Part shown: piece after piece, positions 53,439 to 64,000 of the stretch
Layout: each line of letters opens with the position of its first letter
Numbering within the stretch: position 1 is the stretch's first letter
NCBI GenBank assembly: GCA_039621445.1
Contig: CP154954.1
Span: forward strand, 38,959,816 to 39,023,815
Direction of reading: 5' to 3'
Source of the DNA: Euglena gracilis
Taxonomy: Eukaryota
Length of the DNA stretch: 64,000 bases
Notes under the pieces: generated by a model
What the model was told of the DNA's origin: nothing
The model's database searches: none
What the model saw: the letters and a program-made list of their open reading frames with translations, nothing else
Translations under genes and position numbers: made by a program

Positions 53439-56400
53439 AGCCCAGGAACCCCCCCCCCCAAATCGCAAAAACGCTGAAACGCACTCCACCCCCCGACTCC
53501 ACCCTGACAACCCCCGAAACCCCGCGAACCAAAAACCCCCCCCCCCGCACAGATGGCCCCAATTTACACAAAAAAGGCCAAATTTTGCGATTGTGGGGTG
53601 GTGACCAGCAGCGGCTCAGGTGATTCTGGGGTTTTGGGGGGTGGGGAACCCAGCTGATCTGGTACCGGGGACTGGTTGTTCTTTTTGGCACACCCCATTT
53701 CCTGGCATTGAGGCAAACTGGCCCCGAAAATCACGCCCCCACGCCCCTCCCCCCGAACAACACCCAAAAATTGTGAGAATTTTGCTATTTGGGGGGATTG
53801 AGCAGCAGTGGTTCTGACATTCATGGGGCTTTGGGGGGTGGGGAACCCAGCTGACCTGGTCCCGGGGGCTGGTGGGACGTTTTGGCACACCCCATTTCCT
53901 GGCATTGAGGCAAACTGGCCCGGAAAATCACGCCCCCACGCCCCTCCCCCCGAACAACACCCAAAAATTGTGAGAATTTTGCTATTTGGGGGGATTGAGC
54001 AGCAGTGGTTCTGATATTCATGGGGTTTTGGGGGGTGGGGAACCCAGCTGACCTGGTCCCGGGGGCTGGTGGGACGTTTTGGCACACCCCATTTCCTGGC
54101 ATTGGCCCCGAAAATCACGCCCCCCCGCCCCCCCCCCCCCCGAACAACACCCAAAAATTGTGCGAATTTTGCTATTTGGGGGGATTGAGCAGCAGTGGTT
54201 CTGATATTCATGGGGTTTTGGGGGGTGGGGAGCCCAGCTGACCTGGTCCCGGGGGCTGGTGGGACGTTTTGGCACACCCCATTTCCTGGCATTGAGGCAA
54301 TCTGGCCCCGAAAATCACCCCCCCCCCCCCCCCCCCCCCCGATCAACACCCAAAAATTGTGATAGCAAAATTCTCACAGTTTTTGGGTGTTGTTCGGGGG
54401 GGGGGTGGGGGCCTGATTTTCGGGGGCAGATTGCCTTGATGTGGGGTTTTGGGGGGTGGGGAACCCAGCCCTCGTGCCGGGGGCTGCTGGCACGTTTTGG
54501 CACACCCCATTTCCTGGCATTGAGGCAATCTGGCCAGGAAAATCACGCCCCCACGCCCCCTCCCCCGAACAACACCCAAAAATTGTGAGAATTTTGCTAT
54601 TTGGGGGGATTGAGCAGCAGTGGTTCTGATATTCATGGGGTTTTGGGGGGTGGGGAACCCAGCTGACCTGGTCCCGGGGGCAGGTGACACATTTTGGCAC
54701 ACCCCATTTCCTGGCATTGAGGCAATCTGGCCCGGAAAATCACGCCCCCACGCCCCCTCCCCCGAACAACGCCCAAAAATTGTGAGAATTTTGCTATTTG
54801 GGGGGATTGAGCAGCAGTGGTTCTGATATTCATGGGGTTTTGGGGGGTGGGGAACCCAGCTGACCTGGTCCCGGGGGCTGGTGGGACGTTTTGGCACACC
54901 CCATTTCCTGGCATTGGCCCCGAAAATCACGCCCCCCGCCCCCCCCCCCCCACCCCCCCCGAACAACACCCAAAAATTGTGCGAATTTTGCTATTTGGGG
55001 GGATTGAGCAGCAGTGGTTCTGACATTCATGGGGTTTTGGGGGGTGGGGAACCCAGCTGACCTGGTCCCGGGGGCTGGTGGGACGTTTTGGCGCACCCCA
55101 TTTCCTGGCATTGAGGCAAACTGGCCCCGAAAATCACGCCCGCACACCCCCCCCCCCCCGATCAACACCCAAAAATTGTGATAGCAAAATTCTCACAGTT
55201 TTTGGGTGTTGTTCGGGGGGGGGTGGGGGCCTGATTTTCGGGGGCAGATTGCCTTGATGCCAGGAAATGGGGTCCCCCCCCCAAAACCCCATGAATATCA
55301 GAACCACTGCTGCTCAATCCCCCCAAATAGCAAAATTCTTTGGGGGGACTGAGCAGCAGTGGTTCTCATATTCATGGGGTTTTGGGGGGTGGGGAACCCA
55401 GCCCTGGTCCCGGGGGCTGCTGGCACGTTTTGGCATTCCCCATTTCCTGGCATTGAGGCAATCTGGCCCGGAAAATCACGCCCCCCACGCCCCCACCCCT
55501 CCGTTTAACACCCAAAAATTGTGAGAATTTTGCCATTTGGGGGGATTGAGCAGCAGTGGTTCTGATATTCCTGGGGTTTTTGGGGATGGGGAACCCAGCT
55601 GACCTGGTCCCGGGGGCTGGTGGGACGTTTTGGCACACCCCATTTCCTCGAATTGCAAAACCTTGACAAATTGCAACTGTTGACCTTGCGCTTTCCCTTG
55701 CTGAATCAATTACACTTTTGATACCGTCACCTTTGACCTCGTGCGAGACATCACCTTCATTGTCATCCATCATCCAAATCTTCGTTATCATCTTCCGAAA
55801 CATTTCAAAGTCAGGTTTCATCCAAAAGGTAATTGCTCAATTTCAATGAATTGCCATATCTTGCAATTGGATCTGCAGAAGGTGCGGAAGGGATCAGCAC
55901 ATGCACAGGGGGTGGTTGGGGTCACGGGGAAACACCACATTTTCCGTTGCCAAATTCACCGAACCCAAGATATGGAAAATTTTTCCATAAATTCGGAATA
56001 CCCGCGCTCGAAAGTTGGTTTTGAAACCAAATTAGGAACCGGCTGGGAAGGAGGTACTGCTCCACCAAGGGGGTGGCAGGAATGATCAATTAACCAGGAT
56101 TAACTGGGGGGGGTCCCAGATTGATTTACCAGACATCTCATTTTTGGGGCAAGATTGAATCCCAAGAACTGGGGGGGTGCCAGAAAGTGCCACCTGTCCC
56201 CGGGTGCAGCAGGGGTTCTGGTATTGATGGGGTTTTGGGGGGCTGGGGAACCCAGCTGACCTGGTCCCCGGGGGCAGGTGGCACGTTTTGGCACACATCA
56301 CGCCCCGACTCACCAACACCCAAAAAATTGTCAAAATTCTGCCATTCGGGGGTGGTGGGAATACAACTGCTCAACCCCCCCCCCGAATGCAGGAATTTGA

Positions 56401-59400
56401 GAATTTTGGGGTCTTAATCGGGGCGTGGGGCGTGATTTTCAGGGCCAGATTGCGTCAATGGCCAGAAAAGGGGTTGCTAATAAATGCGACCAGCCTCCCG
56501 GCCCAGGTCGGTGCTTGTCTGTTAGTCGATCCATGGCAAAACAGGTCGATCCACACCTATTTTTGGCCAACTTTGGGTCACTGATGGACAGGGAAACACA
56601 AAACAGGGTGAGAAGATACGGCTGGTGTCGGGCTGCGAGCACCAACCCCAACCTTATCCCTAACCCTATCCCTAACCCTGTCCCACACCACGTCCCTAAA
56701 CCGTGACCCTAACCCTAACCCTGACCAACCCTATCTAATCCTAAACCGTATCCCTAAACCATAATCCCAACCCAAACCCTAACCCAATCCCTGACCCTGA
56801 CCCGAACCCTGTGGGTGCGTCAACCCCACCACAGTGGGCACGTCATCATAGACGGATTCCTAACTTTAATTGGTGAGGATCGACTAACAGACTTGATGCA
56901 CTGCCGTGGATCAACTAACAGACAAGTGCCACCAGGTCAGCTGGGTTCCTGGGCCCCAAAAACCCGATTATCACCGGAACAACTCCTGCTCAACACCCCC
57001 CGAATGACGAAATTGTGGCTTGACGAAATTGTGACACTTTTGACACTGTCATTTTGAGAGACATCACCTTCATAGTCATCCATCATCCAAATCTTCGTCA
57101 TCGTCTTCCAAGTACTCAAATGTTTCAAGATCAGGTTCCATCCAAAGCATGGTTATTGCTCAATTTCAATGAATTGTCATTTCTTGCAATTGAATCTGCA
57201 GAAGGTGCGGAAGGAAGCGTCACATGCACAGGGGGATGGTTCGGGTCACGGGGGAACACCACATTTTCCGTTGCCAAATTCACCGAACCAGGCTTGTGCT
57301 GAGTCGGGTGCCTACCCCACGGGGGGGGGGGGGTGGGAGTGCCAGGGGCAGGCACCCCATAGCACCCGATCCGACCCCCCCCCCGGGGGGGAGGGTTTTG
57401 GGGGTGCCTGCCCATAGCAGGCACCCCCTCTCCGACCCCCGGCGCCGGGGGTCCAGAAAAAGCCATTTCAATGAAAATTTTCTTGGTCCCCCCCCTCAGA
57501 CCCCTGCTCCCCCCGGGGGGGATGTGCCTGCTAGGGGCAGGGACCCTATAGCACCCACCCACCACCCTCCCCCCCCCCCGGTCGGTCAGCACAAGCATGC
57601 ACCGAACCCAAGATATGAAAAAAAGTTCCCATAAGCTCGCAATACCCGCGCTCGAAGGTCAGGTTTGACACCAAATTAGGAACCGGTTGGGAAAGAGGTG
57701 CTGCCCCACCCAGGGGGTGGCAGGGATGATCAATTAACCGCCAAAGCAGGGACCAAGCGCATAACCGTGATTAACTGGGGGTCCCAGATTGATTAACCAA
57801 ACTTCTCATTTTAAGGGCCTGATTGCCCTTGAAAAAATGGAAATGGGGGTGCGACCGCCCCCCTGGGACCAGGTCAGCTGGGTTTCCCCGCCCCCAGAAA
57901 CCCCTTTATCGTCAGAACCACTGCTGGTAAACACCCCGAGTAGCGAAATTTTGGCAAAAATTTGGCAATTTTCGGTGTAAATCGGGGCGCGGGGACATGA
58001 ATTTCAGAAAATATATATCTCTGCGCATTTCTCACGTTGCTGTTACTCTACATAACAATCCTTAGAGATTGCACGTCAATGAAACGTCAAAAAACAAACC
58101 ACGGGCCGCGACAGTTTTGGGGTTCCTGCGATTGCTGTGGCCCAAGGGGGGTATAAGTTTGGGGGGGGGCAGGTTTAATGATCATGTGCGGCGGTGTTAA
58201 TTATTCACGGCGTTGCAGCGTCTCCGACGGAGATATCAGCTGTAACTCCCAATATGGTGAGAGACCTCTGCAGAAAAGGAAAACCACGCAGCCGAAGGGG
58301 GGTATGCCCGTGTCTTGGAAGAATGGATGAAGACCAAAGCCTGTTGGATCTCTTGAAGGACACAATGTGCTTCCACATTGTTGACAAATGCCTGAGAGGT
58401 AAAAGGAGTCCTGGGCTGGAGCTAGGTCAAACCAGTGGTCGAGCCGAGGATCAAAAAAATCAATTTTTTGTGATTTTGAAATTGCAAAAAAAAATAAAAA
58501 AACTGACAAAAAATATGCCCAAAAATTGGTTTCTCCCCCGACCCCGAAACCCCCCCAAAAAGGCGATAACAACGAACAACACACACTGTCGATGCAAATC
58601 GCCGGGGAAGGAAATTTTCTGGTCATTTAAACCAAACAATCACTTGGCACCCTGGGGTTGGATGGATGCAGGAACTGCATCGAGTTTCGGGGCAGTGCCA
58701 CACCTTCAGGTCTTCAGGCGTCTGGGGGCTCCTTCGCCCGCTGCGCTGCGCTGCAGGCCAGCGACGTCCCGACGCGTGGCAGCCCCGAGCTGCGGGGTCG
58801 ACCCCTGCGGCTGCGGCCGGGGCCCGCTTCGGCTACTCCGGCAGCCGGCGGTGGCGCCGCTGCCGCCTGGCGACCCCCGATGGATGTCCCACGGAACACA
58901 CCGCCGCACAAAAACACCAACACAACGGGGTAAATGACGTCCGGCAAACCTGCCTAACCTTCAGGGGGGAATCGGTTGCTCCGGAAAAAAAAAAGCAGGC
59001 AACACACAAACCACCACGCGACCAGTGGGTACTGCCAGTTGTGGCCCAATGCTGACCACCACCAAACATCAGCAGGGTTATCAGGATGGGTCGGGTCTGT
59101 CGCACAATAATACAACTGCTGGCCAGGCACTTGAAACCTGCCCTGGAATTTGTTCACCACCCGTTTGAACCTGCTCACCGTGCACAGCAATTGCTTTGGT
59201 TGCGTGGCTTGTGGCTGCTGCGGTTTGGCCACCTGCTTGCTCGCTTTGGCCGCGATGGCAGCCATTTGCTTGCTTCGGCCACACTCGCAGCCATTTGCCG
59301 CACCAGCGGCCATTTGCTTGCTTCGGCCGCACAGGCAGCCATTTGCTCGCTTAGGCCGCGCTAGCAGCCATTTGTTTGCTTCGGCCACACCGGTGGCCAT

Positions 59401-62400
59401 TTGCTTGCTTCGGCCACGCCAGCGGCCATTTGCTTGCTTCGGCCACACCACCGGCCATTTGCTTGCTTCGGCCACACCAGCGGCCATTTGCTTGCTTCGG
59501 CCGCGCCGGCGGCCATTTGTTTGCTCCGGCCACGCCACCGGCCATTTGCTTGCTTCGGCCACGCCAGCGGCCATTTGCTTGCTTCGGCCACGCCGGCGGC
59601 CATTTGCTTGCTTCGGCCGCGCCAGCGGCCATTTGCTTGCTTCGGCCATGCCGGCAGCCATTTGCTTGCTTCGGCCACGCTGGCGGCCATTTGCTTACTT
59701 CGGCCGTGCCAGCGGCCATTTGCTTGCTTCGGCCACGCCAGCGGCCATTTGCTTGCTTCGGCCACGCCGGCGGCCATTTGCTTGCTTCGGCCACGCCGGC
59801 GGCCATTTGCTTGCTTCGGCCACGCCGGCGGCCATTTGCTTGCTTCGGCCACGCCAGCGGCCATTTGCTTGCTTCGGCTGCACCAGCGGCCATTTGCTTG
59901 CTTCGGCCACGCCACCGGCCATTTGCTTGCTTCGGCCACGCCGGCGGCCATTTGCTTGCTTCGGCCACGCCAGCGGCCATTTGCTTGCTTCGGCCACGCC
60001 GGCGGCCATTTGCTTGCTTCGGCTGCACCCACCATTTGCTTGCTTCGGCCGCGCTGGCAGCCGAGGAGGGCAATTGCTTTGGTTGCGTGGCTTGTGGCTT
60101 GTGGCTTTGGCCACCGCTTGCTCAGTTTGGCTGCGCCAGCGGCCATTTGCATCCTTCGGACGCGCCTGCGGCGATTTTGCTTGCTTCGGCCACACAGGCG
60201 GCCATTTGCTTGCTTCGGCGACACTGGACTTGCCACCTGCCTTGGTCCTACAACTACTGCTGAGGTTTCCAGCCACCTCAAAAAGTTAGAAGTGCCTGGC
60301 CGGGACATCATACGTCTGGTGGGGGCAGAATGTGGACCCATTGGCACCCTGGAAAAGGTTGCGAAAAAATACCCAGGCTGAAACTCTGGGAAATGCTGGA
60401 ACGTCAGTGCCAAAAATTGGGAGGAAAACAAACAGTGTCAGAAAAACAAAGATATGAATGCAAACAAAAGAAAAAATGCAGAAATTAAAAAGAGTTTTTG
60501 CCTTCACAAAACTGTTACCTTTACCGGTTGCACATGGTGTCGGGGGTGATGGGAGACAGTACCAGGGGTGGGGGGGGGTGGTGCTCGAAAAAAAATTGAA
60601 AAAATTCTGCAAGGAAAAATTTGGTGATTTCCTCCCAAAACAGTGGCAAAATAACCATTTTTGGCAGCAGCCGCCTAAATTATTATTTTGGCGGGATTTC
60701 GCAAACCCATTCCTTCCACGCCACTTTTACCAATTTTCGCCGCCTGTCGGTGTCAAAAAAAACTTGCCTGTCATCACACCTTCGTGCTGACCCCTCTGTG
60801 ACGCACGCAAAACACCCAACCTAACTGGATCCCTGGAAGCTGGAGAGGCAATTCTACACCATTCTCTGCGCGATCTTCGCGGGATCGCCAGCTTTGCAGG
60901 CGATGGGACTGCTGACGCTGCCGCTGCTGCTGCCACTGCCCCGCCACTTCAGCCCACCGCCCCCCCCCCCCGCTCACCACAAACCAGGCAAACAAACACT
61001 GGTGCCAAGGGTGTAAAGAGTGATTTCTGAACGCGCAAATGTTCTCAGAACCAGAATATGTGTGTGTCTGTGTACGCACGTACCTCCCCCCCCCCAAGCC
61101 CAACGAACACTAAAGTGACAACCTAGACGGTCCGAACGGGGGGCGTTCGTTGGACATGGGTGTTCACTAATTCTGTCACCTTTTCAGTGTAGCCTTGAAA
61201 CGTGCATAATCAGTGCATGCCAGGGCAGAATGGGAAGGCCTGGTGGGGGGTCGACCCCCCACCCGTGAGGTGGGGGGGGGTCGACCACCAACCCACCACA
61301 GCATTTTCATCGACTTCGGGAAAATGGGGATGTTAGGAAGAAAATTTTTTGAATTTTTTTTGAAAAAACGAACCCAAAACACATGATTTTTTGATGGGAA
61401 ACCATTTTTTTTCACAAAAAGTCTCAAAAAATCAGGGTTAAAAATTAGTAGTTTTTGGGGGGGGTCAAAAAAACGAAGGTCAAAAAAAAGTGGACCAAAT
61501 TTTTGCACAATCAAATTTTGCTGACGTTTTTTTTTAATTTTTTTGGACTTTCAATGGCATTTTTTGTTTCAAAAAAACTCGCAAAATCAAAATTTTGAGA
61601 AAATGTTGAAGTTTGGGAGGTGTGATGGGGGGGGTCTTGCAGGGGGTGGTGGGGTCGACCCCCCCCACAAATCCGGAAACCTGACTGGAATCAATACCGT
61701 GACCTGAATCAGAATCTCTGGCATCCTCACAACAGCAAAAAAATGAGTATTTCCTTGTCCAACACAAAAAAAAGTATATGGTGACAGTCTAGACGGTCCG
61801 AACACCCCCTGTTCGTTGGGCAAGGGTGTTCGTTGGGCTTGGGGGGGGGGGAGGTACAAATGATGGCTCAAAAAGCTATGCCTGTGCTATCACCCACCAA
61901 TGTGGCCCAAAACCACTTTTTTTTCTGGATCCTCGGGGTGGGTTGGTGGCGGGGTGCTGTGGCCGCCCGCGTCGCGAGAGGCCGACCTGAAAAGATGGAT
62001 TAACAAATGAATCGGCGGGGTGGACGAACCCAACCAGGGGGAGGGGAACAAATGAGAGGCCAACATTCCAGAATGCAGGCCACAAACCAGGGGGGGGGGG
62101 GAACAGCAAAAATGCCAAGAAATGTATGTACAACTTTATGTTGTCTGGTGGTGAAGCAATTTGCCTGTGCATTGTTGCCCTCCAAAAATATCAGCAAAAA
62201 AACCATCTCCAAAAAAACAAAAAAAGACGATTCGCAAGTTTTTAATTATCAAAAAAACGAACCATATGCAAAAAATGCAAAATCACAAATCTTTGGATGA
62301 TGCGAAAAGCAAATTATGCAACTTGAATATCCCCCCGGAGGCTGGCTGTGAACCCTTGAGCAGAAGCCTGCTCCCTGTGGGTGGGGTAATGCCAGGCGGC

Positions 62401-63315
62401 CTTGCGTTCAATGCACAAGGTACCTGACGGACAGGCCGGCCAATGGTCGTGGGCGTTGCGGGGGCTGGGGAGGGGCCGGGGACTGGGGGCGCTGCCCGCA
62501 CCCGCACCCGCACCCGCCGCGCCGACCGCCGCCGCCGCCGGCCGCAGCGTCTTCAGTGTCCCCTGGTCGTGCGCCGCAAGCCAAAGACATACGGGGGGTG
62601 GGGGGGCGGCGCAGACTGCGTGAGGTGGGAACAAGGCGCAAGACGGAGACAGAGACAGAGAGAGGTGCCTATTACCATGATTCATACAACGATTACCATG
62701 GTTTGTCACCACGACCTGGGTGTGCATGCGTGTGCCAGCGTGCGGGTCACTCCACAAAGATAGCAAAACAAGGGAAGGGGAGCTGCAAACCAACCATGGA
62801 TTTGTGCGCAGTGCCACGGGGCACTGGATTTGGAGGTGTTGGGTTGTGGTAGGGCCACGTTGTGAAAGGCCGACCCAATGGAGTGGGAATCAAAGACCAA
62901 AATTCTCATGAAAACAAACAGACAATATGCCCAAAATAATCCAAGAGAGCCAGCTAGCTACAAAGCATATTGAACAACCAATCTTCATAAAATACAACAT
63001 GTGACAAACAATTGAATCAAAAAACTGTCATAATGAACAACTGAATATAAAAATATATTTTCAAATAGTTCACATTTATTTTCAAATAGTTCAAAAAACA
63101 AAATAAAATAACAAATGAGTCAACAACAGAAGCAACGAAAAAAAAAAAAAAAAAAAAAAAAACAACGAAAAAGCGCAATACTTAGACAAGACAATTGCAG
63201 AGGTGCATCCACAAAAATATGAAAGAGCGCAAACAAAAAATGTCTGTTTGTCACCATGGACAATCTGGTTGTGCAGCCTCCAGAGCCCGTCGGGTGTCAC
63301 TCCACAAACGATAGC
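43690..63315 (-). CDS. Putative multi-exon minus-strand gene of unknown function (incomplete model)
   Basis: Exon-like GC islands with AG and GT(GC) borders: ~63255-63310, 62424-62562, ~60869-60938, ~58705-58866, ~50870-50946, 50658-50744 (GEDVPGDQTWPPPEHWDSAAGKEASSAVA), 48814-48870, ~45667-45718, ~44570-44710, ~43700-43810. Frames are not fully resolved. Confidence 0.4.
47707..48404. mobile_element. hAT-like MITE (CAGGCTTGTGCT family) with a nested repeat, TSD GATCAGAA
   Basis: CAGGCTTGTGCTTA / TAAGCACAAGCCTG; perfect 8-bp TSD. Confidence 0.88.
49232..49585. repeat. (CTT/CCT)n polypyrimidine low-complexity tract
   Basis: Directly visible; absent from the paralogous block at ~47190-47220. 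Confidence 0.9.
52430..55650. repeat. ~190-200 bp tandem satellite
   Basis: Unit containing GAGCAGCAGTGGTTCTGATATTCATGGGG...CCCCATTTCCTGGCATTG recurs at ~53800, 53998, 54188, 54612, 54809, 55006, 55350 and 55548. Confidence 0.9.
56645..56810. repeat. Degenerate interstitial (CCCTAA)n telomere-like repeat
   Basis: CCCTAA/CCCTAT/CCCTGA hexamers; shorter patch at ~8268-8320. Confidence 0.7.
57289..57599. mobile_element. hAT-like MITE (CAGGCTTGTGCT family), TSD CACCGAAC
   Basis: Perfect TSD; empty site visible in the paralogous repeat at ~55950-55975. Confidence 0.9.
59260..60220. repeat. 29-bp minisatellite GGCCATTTGCTTGCTTCGGCCACGCC[A/G]GC, about 30 copies
   Basis: Directly visible; the unit has no stop in any frame, hence the six-frame ORFs. 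Confidence 0.95.
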
Positions 63316-64000
63316 AAACACACTCGCCCCGGAGGGGACTGCAAACCAACCATGTTATTTGTGCGCAGTGCCACGGGCCTGGATTTGGAGGTTTTTGGGT
63401 TTTGGTAGGGCCCCCGTTGTGAAAGGCCCTCCCTCCCCCTCCCCCCCAAAATAATCCAAGAGAGCCAGCCTAGCCCTGGCAATCCCATCCCCACTCCAAT
63501 AAAATACCCCACCAAATTGAATCAAAACAACCATAATGAACAACTGAATATAAAAAATATTTTCAAATAAAAAAAGAATAAATAAAGTTCACATTTCATT
63601 TTCAAATTAGTTCAAAAAAACCAAATAATAACAAATGTAGTACAACATAAAAACAAACAACAACCCCCAGACCCCACTCCCCCCCCTCCCAAAAATGCCC
63701 CAAAAAAATATGGTCCACAAACAACTCCCCCAAAAAAAATCTTGGCAAATTGCAATGTCATAGCGTTTTTGGGGGGTCACCACTGGTAGCCATGAAAAAT
63801 TTTGGTGCTCACAGGTGAACCATGAAAATGTCACCTTGACCACACTGGACATACAAAGAGTTCATGGTGAATTGCACCATAACATCCTCTTTCCCAAACC
63901 CACCCCCCTTTCTCCTGCCCACCCCCCTTTCACAGCACAGCAGTGGACGTCGTTTGATGCCGCAAGGTTGATGGAATAATTTCACAAAAATGAAAACCAA

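Noticed and set aside
52430-55821. Family of small MPGNGVCQ/MPKRPTS ORFs
   Set aside because: Translations of the ~195-bp satellite
56645-56810. True telomere
   Set aside because: Degenerate, short and internal
59150-60431. CRISPR-like array or six overlapping repeat proteins
   Set aside because: Linkers are only ~8 nt and near-identical, no cas genes are present, and the ORFs arise because the 29-mer lacks stops

Overview
This is repeat-rich eukaryotic nuclear DNA, most likely from a euglenid (Euglena-like). The inference rests on GTGTG/GCGTG-type donors and on several non-GT-AG introns whose ends base-pair with the +4/-6 geometry and Y|R junctions known for euglenid nonconventional introns. 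Read by hand, 1.8-28.9 kb holds about 28 small GC-rich + strand exons. They join in frame into one (possibly two) Pro/Gly-rich proteins with GKGEY repeats and a CPN-x2-N-x2-H-x-C-x3-C Zn-finger-like motif. 29.5-39.0 kb is a nest of DIRS1-type tyrosine-recombinase retrotransposons: a near-intact 4.6 kb copy (RT, RNase H, adenine-MTase-like domain, YR, ITRs and ICR) inserted into a decayed relative, followed by a third fragment. 43-63 kb holds scattered exons of a minus-strand gene with tandemly duplicated exon blocks. Introns and intergenic DNA contain MITEs (several CAG...CTG-ended families with 8-bp TSDs), a foldback palindrome with ~550-bp arms, satellites and microsatellites. Main idea to test: the intron geometry (3 nt + CAG...CTG + 5 nt) removes exactly one 8-bp TSD, so these hAT-like MITEs would be seamless intron generators. 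Exon models are manual and untested against transcripts, and most ORF-track entries are repeat artefacts.
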